A stretch of 64,000 bases of DNA from an uncultured Gammaproteobacteria bacterium (lineage in GTDB: Bacteria > Patescibacteriota > Microgenomatia > UBA10105 > UBA927), in assembly GCA_964349125.1 (NCBI GenBank), contig CAYGFH010000001.1, forward strand, positions 197,408 through 261,407, read 5' to 3'. The notes beneath the pieces were generated by a model. The model was not told the DNA's origin. It made no database searches and saw only the letters and a list, made by a program, of their open reading frames with translations. This document shows positions 46,826 to 57,520 of this stretch, piece after piece. The first letter of the stretch is position 1; every line of letters starts with the position of its first letter. The position numbers were made by a program, and so were the translations under genes.

Positions 46826-48307
46826 TTATACGTGTCCGACCATGATCTGCTGGTACAACGCGAGGTATTGTTTAGCCGATTCTGTCCATGAAAAATCCCG
46901 TTTCATTGCAGCCTCAACCATTTTGAGATGTTTTTTCGGATTTGATGATTTTATTTTGAGCGCATTTATAATCCGCTCCTCCAATTCTATGGAAGATGAG
47001 TTCGTAAAAATATACCCGTTCTTTCCATTGATCACGGTGTCATTGAGTCCCCCTGTCGCACGTGCTATCGGGAGAGCACCGTAGCGCATAGCGTTCATCT
47101 GGATCAGACAACACGGTTCAAAGTATGACGGAATCATCATGAAATCACTTGCCGCATAGATCAGTGATGCCAGAGCGTCATCATACACAGTAATGACCGC
47201 GACCCGATCGGGATTAAATGCCCGCAGTAAATGAAAGCGTTCTTCCCACCCTTCGTCACCCTGACCCATGATTACAAATTGACAATCGGGGAGGGCTTCG
47301 CGGACTATCATACGGTGTATAAGGTCTATCCCTTTTTGACGCTGATCCAGTCGCCCAATATATCCGATCACAGGAATAGATGCGTTTATGGGAAGTTGGA
47401 GACGCCCCTGTAGAGTTTTTTTATTCAGTTGCTTGCCTCTCGTGATACCGACTACCGATGCGTCTTCCACACTGTCTTTCTCCCGTGCTGAATAGCGCAC
47501 ATCCAAAAAACTGTTAGTGGCCGGATTTTTCAGCATGTAATCGATGCCGTTTAGAATCGCAGATGTTTTATACATATGATCTCTGATCACCACATCCAAT
47601 CCGGCGCCATGCTCTTCAGTTTGGATTTCTTTCAAATATGTCGGGGATACCGTGTTTACCCAATCTGCATTCACTATGCCCTCTTTGAGCAGATTAAATT
47701 GTTGGGATACTGATTCCCACTGGGTTAAAGATAACGCTTCACGAGGGACATGTAATTTATCCGCAATGGATGGGGGGAATTTCCGCTGATGTGATATTCC
47801 ATGAATAGTAAGTAATGATTGTATCGGCAACGCATTTGTTTTTAATAATAACGGTATGAGTCCGCAGTGGTTATCATTGCAGTGCACAATATCAGGCTTC
47901 CACAACCCAAATACTCCTAATTTCAACGCTTCCACGACAGCAAGGGCGAACACCACAAATGTTTCTGCGATCGGTTTATCAAAATATTTTTTATTCCCGA
48001 TAAGATATACAGGAATATCGGTATTTAGAAAATATATTTTATGTATCGTTATTTTTACTTGTTGACTGCCGTACAAAATGGAGAATGTCGCTTTCAGTTT
48101 TTTGCGCTGACCCAATACTTTCAGTGCCCGGTAATGCGGAATGACTAATCGAATATCAACACCCATGGACTTTAGCGCTCGCGGAAGTGACCGTGCGACC
48201 TCACCCAGACCACCCACTTTCAGGAAGGGCTCTACTTCCCAGACTGCAAACAATATATTTGGTTTCGAAATCGATTGAGCAAGTGTGTCGGAGGAATTAG
48301 CTGGCAT
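46826..48307 (-). CDS. glgA: Glycogen/starch synthase (GT5 family)
   Basis: ILFAVWEVEPFLKVGGLGEVARSLP (KVGGLG ADP-glucose-binding motif) and GT-B fold C-terminus. Confidence 0.85.
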   Translation of the reverse strand: MPANSSDTLAQSISKPNILFAVWEVEPFLKVGGLGEVARSLPRALKSMGVDIRLVIPHYRALKVLGQRKKLKATFSILYGSQQVKITIHKIYFLNTDIPVYLIGNKKYFDKPIAETFVVFALAVVEALKLGVFGLWKPDIVHCNDNHCGLIPLLLKTNALPIQSLLTIHGISHQRKFPPSIADKLHVPREALSLTQWESVSQQFNLLKEGIVNADWVNTVSPTYLKEIQTEEHGAGLDVVIRDHMYKTSAILNGIDYMLKNPATNSFLDVRYSAREKDSVEDASVVGITRGKQLNKKTLQGRLQLPINASIPVIGYIGRLDQRQKGIDLIHRMIVREALPDCQFVIMGQGDEGWEERFHLLRAFNPDRVAVITVYDDALASLIYAASDFMMIPSYFEPCCLIQMNAMRYGALPIARATGGLNDTVINGKNGYIFTNSSSIELEERIINALKIKSSNPKKHLKMVEAAMKRDFSWTESAKQYLALYQQIMVGHV

Positions 48308-48438
48308 TACTCCCAGTATATCACATTTAGCGCATATTTACGGGCTATTTGCGAATATTTGTTTTTTTAGGCAACTACTGTGCTATACCGATCCAAAGGG
48401 CGTGAGAGTAAAAAGAATATTCGGGAGTGGGTGTGTCT

Positions 48439-48852
48439 TTACCGTGTGGATGCTGTGAGGGTTTTTGACAATTCATTTACTGAATTTGCCCAGGCTTCCC
48501 GATTGGTCACACCATTTTTGTACTCGCTTTCAAGTTTTTCATACTTGGTGCAAAAATCAGAAAATACCGCAGCAAATCCGGGCGGCAACGGGAATGTCAA
48601 AAGTGCGTTGATATTTTTTCTGGTGAGTCCTAAAAATAACTCTATTCGTAGCTGCTCCTGGGTATAACACGTGCGCGTCCACTCACTGATCTGGCTGAGG
48701 TTTTCTGCGGTGTCTAGTACCAGATCCCGCTGATTTTTTTCTGAATAATTGCTGATAGAAGATTGTTGTATTATGTATGCATAATACCATTTTTTTATAA
48801 GATATTCAAATGGGGTAAAGGGATTGTCAAAACGTGATATAATATTTTCCAT
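48439..48852 (-). CDS. Hypothetical protein upstream of glgA (back-to-back with the pdxS start)
   Basis: 138-aa ORF beginning at the ATG at 48852-48850, fully intergenic. It is the only non-antisense part of the longer ORF 48439..49197. No recognised domain. Confidence 0.3.
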   Translation of the reverse strand: MENIISRFDNPFTPFEYLIKKWYYAYIIQQSSISNYSEKNQRDLVLDTAENLSQISEWTRTCYTQEQLRIELFLGLTRKNINALLTFPLPPGFAAVFSDFCTKYEKLESEYKNGVTNREAWANSVNELSKTLTASTR

Positions 48853-49743
48853 ATGAAAACAAAAGGTACCTTCACTATTAAATCCGGACTCGCACAAATG
48901 ATAAAAGGCGGCGTTATCATGGATGTCGTTAACGCTAAGCAGGCCGAGATCGCAGAAAAGGCCGGCGCAGTTGCCGTCATGGCACTGGAACGTGTGCCAT
49001 CCGATATTCGAGCTGACGGCGGAGTCGCCCGCATGAGTGATCCGACTAAAATCAAGGAGATTCAGTCTGCTGTCACGATTCCTGTTATGGCAAAATGCCG
49101 TATTGGCCATTTTGTAGAAGCACAGGTGCTCGAGGCGTTGGGCGTGGATTTCATCGATGAGAGCGAAGTTCTCACCCCGGCGGATGAACAGTTCCACATA
49201 GATAAATCTCCATTCACCGTGCCGTTTGTCTGCGGATCACGGGATCTGGGAGAAGCATTGAGGCGTATCCATGAGGGAGCCGCAATGATCAGAACCAAAG
49301 GCGAAGCAGGAAGCGGAAATATCGTGGAAGCTGTCAGGCATATTCGCGCTGTTCGGGCAGGATTAGATGAGCTGGTCACAGCATTCAAAAAAAAGCAGAC
49401 GGCGAAACTTAAAGCACTCGCACTAACCTACAGAGTCCCCTATGATCTCGTTGAAAAAACTGCACGCCTCGGACGACTCCCGGTAGTGAACTTTGCGGCA
49501 GGTGGCGTAGCCACTCCATCCGATGCTGCACTGTGTATGCAGTTAGGTGTTGATGGAGTATTTGTAGGCTCCGGAATATTCAAAAGCAGCAATCCTGAAA
49601 AATATGCCAGGGCGGTTGTCGACGCCGTCGCCCACTACACTGACGCCAAAGAAATCGCACGGGTCAGTGAAAATCTGGGCGGGGCAATGAAAGGTCTTGA
49701 GATCTCTACGCTTGAGACAAAAATGGCATCCCGCGGTGTCTAA
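48853..49743 (+). CDS. pdxS: Pyridoxal 5'-phosphate synthase lyase subunit PdxS
   Basis: [35 protein letters not shown]...[11 protein letters not shown]...GTGN-like motifs of PdxS/SNZ. Confidence 0.95.
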   Translation: MKTKGTFTIKSGLAQMIKGGVIMDVVNAKQAEIAEKAGAVAVMALERVPSDIRADGGVARMSDPTKIKEIQSAVTIPVMAKCRIGHFVEAQVLEALGVDFIDESEVLTPADEQFHIDKSPFTVPFVCGSRDLGEALRRIHEGAAMIRTKGEAGSGNIVEAVRHIRAVRAGLDELVTAFKKKQTAKLKALALTYRVPYDLVEKTARLGRLPVVNFAAGGVATPSDAALCMQLGVDGVFVGSGIFKSSNPEKYARAVVDAVAHYTDAKEIARVSENLGGAMKGLEISTLETKMASRGV

Positions 49744-49763
49744 AAAATCTGTGGTGTGTACGT

Positions 49764-50354
49764 ATGAAGGCGACTATTGGTGTTTTGTCATTCCATGGTG
49801 ATGTTATTGAACATATAGATGCCACGTCGAGGGCCATAAAAAAACTCCGTGCCCTGGTGGACGTCATACCCGTCAGGACCTCTGAATCGCTTTCCTGGGT
49901 ACAGGCCCTCATTATCCCCGGTGGAGAAAGCACGACGCTCCATAAACTGTGCGTTCGGGAAGGTATGTGGGATACAATGAAAACCGTCCCGTTTATATTC
50001 GGTACCTGTGCGGGCGCAATCATGCTCGCAACCAATGTGGAGCACAAAGCGAAGGGTCAGGAAACACTGGAACGAATGCATATCGTAATAGATAGAAATG
50101 CATATGGCAGACAAACGGATTCATTTCAGGAACCACTACAGACAACGTTGGGCACAGTGGATGCCGTATATATCCGCGCACCAAAAATTCTATCTACACA
50201 AAACACGGTGACGACACTCGCCGCACGTGGGAATGAGGTTCTGGCTTGTGAAGAAACTGTAAACGGACGCTACAGCATGGCGGCATGCTTCCATCCGGAG
50301 CTCACCACTACGATCTTTCATGAATATTTCATCCGTACCGTGTTACATAACTAA
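49764..50354 (+). CDS. pdxT: Pyridoxal 5'-phosphate synthase glutaminase subunit PdxT
   Basis: IGVLSFHGDV...IIPGGESTT...GTCAG class I glutamine amidotransferase triad context. Confidence 0.9.
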   Translation: MKATIGVLSFHGDVIEHIDATSRAIKKLRALVDVIPVRTSESLSWVQALIIPGGESTTLHKLCVREGMWDTMKTVPFIFGTCAGAIMLATNVEHKAKGQETLERMHIVIDRNAYGRQTDSFQEPLQTTLGTVDAVYIRAPKILSTQNTVTTLAARGNEVLACEETVNGRYSMAACFHPELTTTIFHEYFIRTVLHN

Positions 50355-50497
50355 CCCCACAACTCCCTGGTACTTATATATATTTTCAGCTTACAATGGC
50401 GTTGTATATGATATACTCACAACATTCTGATGGTATACAGCTGTGCCTGGATCCTGGCGCATGTTGCACATATATATATCAACGCATTTGAAACCTC

Positions 50498-51439
50498 ATG
50501 CATACAGAATCATATACACAACCGAAACAACCTCCTGCAGTACGAATAACGGCATATGTGATCATCCTATGCATAGTTTTTTGGATCGTCAAATCGGTCT
50601 TCTTCTCAAAACCCGTCAGTATCTCCCCTATACCGGACGAGCCAAATAAACGAAGTGTTTTTTTGCAATTTTTCAAAAAAGAAAAAAATCCCGAAGCGCT
50701 GAAAGAAAAGATAAAAAAAACTGTTAATAATGAATGGACAAACTATTCTGTACTTGTAAAAGATATGAACTCTGACTTCAGTGTGGGAATCAATGACTCT
50801 CTCATATACAGCGCTGCATCGGTAAACAAAGTACCCATCCTCGTAGCCATATATGACAAGGCAAAGCAGGGAGATATAGATTTTGATGCCGTTGTGACGC
50901 TTCAGGAAGCTGACATACAGGATTACGGTACCGGGAAAATACGCTACGATCAGCCGGGATCAACGTACACGATAAAGACGCTCGTACAACTTATGACGCA
51001 AAAAAGTGATAACACAGCTGCATTCATACTTGGCAACTACATAGTAAGTCTGACAGGTATACAGCAGTATATAAATGCACTGGGCCTTACACAAACCGAT
51101 ATCGTAAACAACAAAACCTCAAATAAAGATATGGCAATCCTATTCGAAAAAATGTACAGAAAACAGATAACGACACCGGCACTGTCTGAGGAATTGTTAG
51201 GGCTTCTCACCGACAGTGATTTTGAAGACAGATTACCGGCATTACTCCCTCCGGGAACGGTGGTGCATCATAAAATAGGAACCGGGACTGGTGTTGTCCA
51301 CGATGTCGGCCTCGTAGTACATGGGTCGACAGCCTACTATATCGGCATATTTACCAGTGATATCACAGATGAAGAACAGGCGGCACAACTTCTCGCAAAA
51401 GTCTCCAAAACCGTGTACGACTTTATGTACGAAAAGTGA
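50498..51439 (+). CDS. Class A beta-lactamase-like serine hydrolase, membrane-anchored
   Basis: N-terminal TM, then S-x-x-K (SAASVNK), SDN, and KTG-like (HKIGTG) motifs of class A beta-lactamase/PBP-like fold. Confidence 0.65.
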   Translation: MHTESYTQPKQPPAVRITAYVIILCIVFWIVKSVFFSKPVSISPIPDEPNKRSVFLQFFKKEKNPEALKEKIKKTVNNEWTNYSVLVKDMNSDFSVGINDSLIYSAASVNKVPILVAIYDKAKQGDIDFDAVVTLQEADIQDYGTGKIRYDQPGSTYTIKTLVQLMTQKSDNTAAFILGNYIVSLTGIQQYINALGLTQTDIVNNKTSNKDMAILFEKMYRKQITTPALSEELLGLLTDSDFEDRLPALLPPGTVVHHKIGTGTGVVHDVGLVVHGSTAYYIGIFTSDITDEEQAAQLLAKVSKTVYDFMYEK

Positions 51440-51452
51440 ACGTGAGCTATTG

Positions 51453-53894
51453 TTACGATAATGCCTTAAGCGGTTTGGATAGCGCAACTTTCAGCACTTC
51501 GTCGATATGATCTACGAAATGGAATACGAGATCATCCTGCACCACTTTTGGTATATCTTCCAAATCTTTCTTGTTATTCTTTGGCAGTATAACTGTCTTT
51601 ATCCCCGCTCTGTGAGCTGCGATTACTTTTTCCTTTACACCGCCGATTTCCAGAACCCTGCCTCTCAGTGTAATTTCTCCTGTCATAGAAACTGTTCGTT
51701 TTGCAGGAATCTTTGTCAGGACTGAGACAAGCGCAGTTGCAATTGCAGCTCCTGCTGATGGTCCATCCTTTGGCACTGCACCTTCCGGTACATGAACGTG
51801 TATATCAATTTTTTGGAAAAACTTTTCAGGAAGACCGAGCATCTTCCAGCGGCTACGCACATATGAAAGGGCTGCCTGAGCTGATTCCTTCATGACATCA
51901 CCAAGCTGGCCTGTAAGTGTAATTGCACCCCGTCCCGGCATGATGGCCGCTTCAATGAATAGGATATCTCCTCCGGCCTCGGTCCATGCCATTCCCGTTG
52001 TCATACCCACTTCATCGTTTTTCTCCGCAAGGTATGAAGTGAATTTGTATGGCCCAAGATAGTCATGCAGTGACTTTTCGGTAATCTTGTATGTAGTTTC
52101 GCTCCCCTCTGACTCGGCGATTTTTTTTGCTACTTTTCTAAATACCGTAGCGGTTTCCCTCTCGAGACTTCTCACTCCGGCTTCCCGTGTGTATCGCCTG
52201 ATGATTTCGTATATTGCTTCATCTGAAAGGCGCACAGCGTCTTTTGGCACGCCATGGATTTCGCGCTGCTTTTCATACAGATAGTCTTTTGCGATGTGGA
52301 ATTTCTCATCCTCGGTATATCCGGCAAAGCGGATTACTTCCAAACGGTCACGAAGAGCCGGAGGAATGCTGTCCAATACATTACATGTTGTGACAAAAAA
52401 CACATCGGACAGATCAAAAGGAACTTCCAGATAGTGATCTGAGAACGCATAGTTTTGTTCCGGATCCAACGCTTCAAGTAGTGCTGAAGATGGATCTCCA
52501 CGGAAATCTGTACCGACTTTATCAATTTCGTCCAGCATGAACACAGGGTTTTTTGTTCCTGCCTGCTTTATCCCTTGGATAATCCGCCCAGGAAGTGCGC
52601 CTACGTATGTACGTCTGTGTCCGCGAATTTCCGCTTCATCCCGTATGCCACCCAATGACATTTTTACAAACTTGCGTCCCAGTGACTTTGCAATGGATTT
52701 TCCGATCGATGTCTTTCCGACTCCTGGCGGTCCGACAAAACATAATATCGTTGGTGATCCTTTAATCTTATGTTTTTCGATTGACTCTTTTACTCCTTTT
52801 TCAGGAGCGGCCTTTGCGGCTTGTGCATCTGCTGCGGCGCGCAGCTTAATCACGGCAAGGTACTCCAGAATTCTCTCTTTAATTTTCTTAAGTCCGTAGT
52901 GATCAGTGTTTAACACTGCTTCTGCATCTTTAATGTTTACCGTGTTCGCTGTTGAGACACCCCATGGCAATTCCACGAGCGTGTCCAGATAGTTTCGGAC
53001 GTAGGACGCTTCAGGGTTATACGGGGACATCTGCGAAAGCTTGCGAAGTTCCTTCTCTGCTTTTTCCCGTACCTCTGTCGGCATTACTGCCTTTTTGATT
53101 TTGTCCGCTATTTCCTTAATCTCTTTGTTCTCCTCGTTTTCCCCAAGCTCTTTTTCTATGGTCTTCATACGTTCACGGAGGACCTGCTCCCGAACGTTTT
53201 TATCGAATTTTTCCTGTGTTTTGTTTGCGATTTTTTTCTCCAGATCCAAAATCTTTGTCTCTTTTGAGAGGTACGCGATTTCGCGTTCCAGACGATCTTT
53301 CACATTATTCATCTCAAGAAGTTCCTGACGCTCGCTTGGCTTGATATCCAACACACCTGCAACGTGGTACGAAAGTGCCAACGGTGAGATGCCCGACATG
53401 ATATTCATAAACGTAAGGAAATCTATAGATTTCCCCAACTTCACAGCCACACGCAGTTCGCTTGTGAGATGGTTAAACAAGGCCTTTAACTCATCCGTAT
53501 CCTGTGCATCATCAGTCAGCTCGGATGCCTTGGCGATAAAATACGGCTCCACAGATTCGAAAGAATCAATTGTTATCTTGGAGATACCGCGTACGAGTGC
53601 GTTGATCTCACCTTCATTTTTCATCATCTGTACAATTTCTCCAAGTGTTGCTGTCGCATACAGATCCGATGCAGTCGGATCGTTGATATTCGGGTTTTTC
53701 TGCATGACGAGGATTATTTTTTTCCCGGAAGCCTGCGCCGCTTCGATGGCAGACACACTTCGTTGCCGTCCAAACGTCAATATCATTTCCGTTCCCGGAA
53801 ATACAATACCGTCCCGTATGGGAACTACCGGGTATACTTGGTTGGATATTTGGTCTATTTCGTTCATAATTTTTATAGAAAACTGTATTAGCAC
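51453..53894 (-). CDS. lon: ATP-dependent Lon protease
   Basis: LON N-domain, AAA+ [15 protein letters not shown], protease domain [17 protein letters not shown] with catalytic Ser-Lys. Confidence 0.95.
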   Translation of the reverse strand: MLIQFSIKIMNEIDQISNQVYPVVPIRDGIVFPGTEMILTFGRQRSVSAIEAAQASGKKIILVMQKNPNINDPTASDLYATATLGEIVQMMKNEGEINALVRGISKITIDSFESVEPYFIAKASELTDDAQDTDELKALFNHLTSELRVAVKLGKSIDFLTFMNIMSGISPLALSYHVAGVLDIKPSERQELLEMNNVKDRLEREIAYLSKETKILDLEKKIANKTQEKFDKNVREQVLRERMKTIEKELGENEENKEIKEIADKIKKAVMPTEVREKAEKELRKLSQMSPYNPEASYVRNYLDTLVELPWGVSTANTVNIKDAEAVLNTDHYGLKKIKERILEYLAVIKLRAAADAQAAKAAPEKGVKESIEKHKIKGSPTILCFVGPPGVGKTSIGKSIAKSLGRKFVKMSLGGIRDEAEIRGHRRTYVGALPGRIIQGIKQAGTKNPVFMLDEIDKVGTDFRGDPSSALLEALDPEQNYAFSDHYLEVPFDLSDVFFVTTCNVLDSIPPALRDRLEVIRFAGYTEDEKFHIAKDYLYEKQREIHGVPKDAVRLSDEAIYEIIRRYTREAGVRSLERETATVFRKVAKKIAESEGSETTYKITEKSLHDYLGPYKFTSYLAEKNDEVGMTTGMAWTEAGGDILFIEAAIMPGRGAITLTGQLGDVMKESAQAALSYVRSRWKMLGLPEKFFQKIDIHVHVPEGAVPKDGPSAGAAIATALVSVLTKIPAKRTVSMTGEITLRGRVLEIGGVKEKVIAAHRAGIKTVILPKNNKKDLEDIPKVVQDDLVFHFVDHIDEVLKVALSKPLKALS

Positions 53895-53940
53895 TCCATT
53901 TTAACAACTGCTAATACTTCCGTCAACAGGGTAATTTTGA

Positions 53941-54801
53941 TCAGATAAATTCTTCCAGAACATCATTCAAATGCTCTGTATCAATCGCGCTTTTCACCAG
54001 AGGTCCATTGGCTAGCGCCGGTTCGTATGACTCACTCGTAGGTTTATCTTCCTTATAAAACAATCCGTATGGTATCTTATCTCCCCATTCCATTGCTTTC
54101 TCCATAGCCTTAACTTTGCTGTCCGGTGTGTATCCCTGAGAAGATAGCGTATATAACCGTTGCCTATACCATTGATAGGTATGGATTTTGTCGAATGTGA
54201 CACATGGCTGCAGAATATCGACAAGTGCAAATCCTTTGTGTTCGATAGCCTGGCTCATGAGTGATATAAGTCCCGGCGTGTCTCCGGCGAACCCGCGTGC
54301 GACAAATGTAGCACCGGCTGCGAGGGCGAACACCAATGGGTTAATCGGAGCATCTACCACACCTTCCGGTGTTGATTTCGTCACAAAGCCCGGCTTTGCC
54401 GTCGGTGATGCCTGACCAGTCGTAAGTCCATATACCTGATTATCGTGTAACATGACGGTGATATCCGGATTGCGCTTCGCGGCATGCAAAAAATGGTTAC
54501 CACCCTCACCCAGTCCGTCACCGTCTCCTGATACTACGATGACCGGTAATGCATGATTTGCCATTTTTACACCCTGGGCAACAGGGAGTGTTCTGCCATG
54601 CAATCCGGAAAATCCGTACATATGCATCCAGCTATACATATTACCGTGGCATCCGACACCATAAATGGCCAACCCATCTTCAGGACCTATCCCCAGTTTT
54701 ACCAAAGCTTCTTTGAGGGCTGTCCAAATGCCATAGTCCCCGCATCCCGGGCACCAGGTTGGTAGGTGAGATGTTCCAAATGCACTGCTGTTTAGTGTCA
54801 T
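53941..54801 (-). CDS. korB: 2-oxoacid:ferredoxin oxidoreductase beta subunit (TPP-binding)
   Basis: WCPGCGDYGI...GVGCHGN...GDGDGLGEGGNHF TPP-binding motifs of OFOR beta subunits. Confidence 0.9.
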   Translation of the reverse strand: MTLNSSAFGTSHLPTWCPGCGDYGIWTALKEALVKLGIGPEDGLAIYGVGCHGNMYSWMHMYGFSGLHGRTLPVAQGVKMANHALPVIVVSGDGDGLGEGGNHFLHAAKRNPDITVMLHDNQVYGLTTGQASPTAKPGFVTKSTPEGVVDAPINPLVFALAAGATFVARGFAGDTPGLISLMSQAIEHKGFALVDILQPCVTFDKIHTYQWYRQRLYTLSSQGYTPDSKVKAMEKAMEWGDKIPYGLFYKEDKPTSESYEPALANGPLVKSAIDTEHLNDVLEEFI

Positions 54802-56540
54802 ACATTCCTCCGGATTGCTTCAACTATATCTTCAGGGAAAAAGGGTCGTCCATCAAATTTTAATACCTTCTCTTTTATCTCAATCCCAGTGTGCTCACGT
54901 ATAAGCGCCGCCAATTGTCCCGTGGCGTTTTGTTCTACGTCAACAATCCGTTTTGCCTTTGAAAGCATCTCGGTCACCTGAGCGCTTGCAAACGGGAACA
55001 TCCACGTAAAGTGATAGAGGTTTGCACGGACGCCCTGATTCTTGAGCATAGCGATCGCATCTATAACAGGGCCGCGTGATGATCCCCAACTGACAAATGT
55101 GATATCGGCATCTGCATCTCCATACATGGTCGGGGGCTTCACGTCAGACTCAATCGCTTTGAGTTTTTTGAACCTCTTCCCTGCCATCAGCACTCGCTCG
55201 TGAGGTGACTCCGTCACGATACCCGTTTCATCATGTTCGTACGCGTTGGAAATATAGACACCACCTTTTTGACCGGGAATACTCCGAAGGGACGCGCCGT
55301 CCTGGGTATCTAATGAATATCGCTTGTACGAGCCGTCTGTTGGAAGATCCTCATCTTTTGCCAGTTTTCCCCTGTTGATTGTCACTTCTTTTTTGAATAC
55401 TGATTCAGGAACACACCACTGGCTCTCATTCATGTACTTATCTGTGAGAACCAGCACAGGGATCTGGTATTTATCCGCCAGGTTAAATGCATCAAACGTC
55501 ATTTGATATGCTTCTCCGGCATCGCTGGGTGCCAAAATTATTTTTGGAAACTCTCCGTGACCCGCATGAATTGCAAACTGCAATTCGCCCTGTTCCGTCC
55601 ACGTCGGCATACCGGTGGCGGGACCCACACGCATACCGAGATCTATAACGACGGGAAGTTCCATGATACCCGCGAGTGAAATTGCCTCAACCATAAGTGC
55701 AAATCCTCCCCCCGATGAAGCGACCATGCTTCTGACACCCGCAAGGGATGCGCCCAGTGCCATATTTATGCCTGCGATTTCATCCTCCGGTTGTCTGTAT
55801 ACGATGTTGAGCTCCTTTGCATGATCTGCCAAAAATGATATGAGTGAATTGATAGGCGTCATCGGGTAAATAGCGGCGAATTTCAGACCCGCCCGGTACG
55901 CACCGATACCTACCGCTTCACTTGCGTTTATGATGAGTTTAGGTTCTGAGGCCGCTGCAGGCGCTATATGCATGGATGTTTCTTCCGGAAAATGCGCTTT
56001 AACATAATCGTACCCCTGTCTGGCTATCGCTATATTACTGTCTATAACTGCCTGTTTTTTCTTTTTAAACTGATCTCTAATGACAGATTCTATGAAGGAA
56101 AAATCCACGCCCATGAGCGCTACAGTTGCGCCTAGCGCGATAGTATTTCGCATGACCGGGATACCGTTTGCAGCAACCACAAGCTCAGTGAGCGGAACAG
56201 GTAACAATTTGACCGGTTTTGGAAAATCCGCCAGTGTCCACTCTTTATCTTTTGGATCAAATACCACAAGTGCATGTTCGGAAAGCTCACCTTTGTGCAC
56301 TTCTATGCTTTGGTTATGTAGCGCCACCAAGATCTGAACATCACGATTGAGCGATTCGAAATACTCGGAAGAAATTCGGACGGTAATAATGTTATGCCCT
56401 CCGCGGATGAGAGACGGGTATTCGTTTATGCAGAGTGTGTAATACCCATTTCTGGCAAACGCCTTGGATATCATGGTTCCTGCGGACATGATGCCGAAGC
56501 CTGCTTCACCGCTAATTTTCCATGTAACTGAGTGTGTCAT
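54798..56540 (-). CDS. korA: 2-oxoacid:ferredoxin oxidoreductase alpha subunit (gamma-alpha fusion)
   Basis: N-terminal gamma-like domain (ISGEAGFGIMSAG) fused to the alpha domain; 4-nt overlap with korB. Confidence 0.9.
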   Translation of the reverse strand: MTHSVTWKISGEAGFGIMSAGTMISKAFARNGYYTLCINEYPSLIRGGHNIITVRISSEYFESLNRDVQILVALHNQSIEVHKGELSEHALVVFDPKDKEWTLADFPKPVKLLPVPLTELVVAANGIPVMRNTIALGATVALMGVDFSFIESVIRDQFKKKKQAVIDSNIAIARQGYDYVKAHFPEETSMHIAPAAASEPKLIINASEAVGIGAYRAGLKFAAIYPMTPINSLISFLADHAKELNIVYRQPEDEIAGINMALGASLAGVRSMVASSGGGFALMVEAISLAGIMELPVVIDLGMRVGPATGMPTWTEQGELQFAIHAGHGEFPKIILAPSDAGEAYQMTFDAFNLADKYQIPVLVLTDKYMNESQWCVPESVFKKEVTINRGKLAKDEDLPTDGSYKRYSLDTQDGASLRSIPGQKGGVYISNAYEHDETGIVTESPHERVLMAGKRFKKLKAIESDVKPPTMYGDADADITFVSWGSSRGPVIDAIAMLKNQGVRANLYHFTWMFPFASAQVTEMLSKAKRIVDVEQNATGQLAALIREHTGIEIKEKVLKFDGRPFFPEDIVEAIRRNV

Positions 56541-56607
56541 AAGAAAGAAGGACAGATTAAATCATGACATGAATCTGCGCCTAAATCAATATAGAAAATA
56601 CCTACCC

Positions 56608-56808
56608 TTAATCTGAACAACACGGATCTTTATAGCCACACAGGTGACAGTGGGCGTCCCGCCCACCGGGCATGCCGAAAATAGTGCCCCCACACTGTGG
56701 ACACGGACGGATATTGTATACATGGGGTCCGGGTACGACGGTGCCGTGAGCGTGTTGCCCTGAGCCAGTTTGACGACCGTTATGGGAATATTTGCGTACC
56801 GTTTTCAT
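56608..56808 (-). CDS. Small zinc-ribbon protein (doubtful)
   Basis: CPQCGG...CHLCG Cys pairs. Overlaps the ferredoxin 3' end by 29 nt, so it may be spurious. Confidence 0.25.
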   Translation of the reverse strand: MKTVRKYSHNGRQTGSGQHAHGTVVPGPHVYNIRPCPQCGGTIFGMPGGRDAHCHLCGYKDPCCSD

Positions 56809-57046
56809 CGGTAATGATGATAGCCATGACAGGACATGCCTTTGCTGCCTCTATGAGCGTCTCGTCGGTCTCGCTGTCTGCGGTATCCAAAATAATCGCC
56901 TTTGCTTCATCATTGAGAGTCCATGCTTTGGGCGCGATAGCTATACACGTAGCTGCACCGATACAGAGATCCTGATCAATTCTCATTGTCAGAGTCCGGA
57001 TTTTTTTTACGATTGTGGGATCATCAGACATAAACTGGTTATACAC
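56780..57046 (-). CDS. 4Fe-4S ferredoxin
   Basis: DQDLCIGAATCIAIAP...ACPVMAI cluster-binding cysteines; adjacent to korAB. The start may instead be the internal Met (MRIDQ). Confidence 0.7.
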   Translation of the reverse strand: MYNQFMSDDPTIVKKIRTLTMRIDQDLCIGAATCIAIAPKAWTLNDEAKAIILDTADSETDETLIEAAKACPVMAIIITDENGTQIFP

Positions 57047-57054
57047 AAAATACG

Positions 57055-57428
57055 CTACTTTTTCAATGACACGATGAGTTTATGAAGCACTTCCAGCGAC
57101 AATACGGCACACTTCATCCGTGATGGAGTAAGCTCAGTACCCAGCATTTCAGTAATATCCGAGGCTTGTAATTTCATTACCTCATCAACGGGCATTCCCT
57201 TTACTTTTTCGGTGAGCATAGACGCGGCAGCCTGACTAATAGCGCAGCCTTCACCGGAAAATGCAATATTCGAAATTCGAAATTCGAAATTCGAAACTTT
57301 GGTTGTATTAATCTCCATCACAATACGATCTCCACACGTCACATTTCCCTCTTCGAGGATAGCATCCGGATTTTCCAAGTGGCCAAAGTTACGCGGATTT
57401 TTATAATGATCCAGAATTATTTCGCGGT
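57055..57428 (-). CDS. sufU: SUF system Fe-S cluster assembly scaffold SufU (IscU/NifU-like)
   Basis: MDIYREIILDHYKNPRNFG...GNVTCGDRI...FSGEGCAISQAAAS...LTPSRMKCAVL. Start placed at MDIY; the listed longer ORF reads through the upstream repeat region. Confidence 0.8.
57268..57295. repeat. Tandem heptanucleotide repeat (ATTCGAA)x4 inside the sufU coding sequence
   Basis: Four perfect tandem copies; encodes ...SNFEFRISN... on the minus strand. Confidence 0.85.
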
Positions 57429-57433
57429 ATATA

Positions 57434-57468
57434 TCCATACACTTAATCGTTAATCGATAATCGCGAAT
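57434..57468. repeat. Tandem heptanucleotide repeat (NNAATCG)x5 in the sufS-sufU intergenic region
   Basis: TTAATCG TTAATCG ATAATCG CGAATCG GAAATCG immediately upstream of the sufU start codon (reads CGATTNN x5 on the coding strand). Confidence 0.85.
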
Positions 57469-57520
57469 CGGAAATCGAAAAAATTTGGTTTTTTTGCGAT
57501 TAACGAATAGCGTTTCGCGG

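Noticed and set aside
48439-49197. 252-aa minus-strand ORF overlapping pdxS
   Set aside because: The 5' 115 codons are antisense to the well-supported pdxS gene. Only the distal 138 codons (48439-48852) lie in otherwise non-coding DNA and were kept as a low-confidence CDS.
52537-53904. Several plus-strand ORFs (120 aa, 95 aa, 187 aa) inside lon
   Set aside because: All are antisense to the strongly supported Lon protease CDS.
56697-57085. Plus-strand ORFs of 92 and 97 aa
   Set aside because: Antisense to the ferredoxin/sufU region; GC-rich frame artefacts.
57241-57500. CRISPR array or mobile-element terminal repeats, suggested by the short tandem repeats
   Set aside because: Repeat units are only 7 nt with no spacers and partly lie within the conserved sufU CDS, so they are not CRISPR-like. 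Reported as simple tandem repeats.
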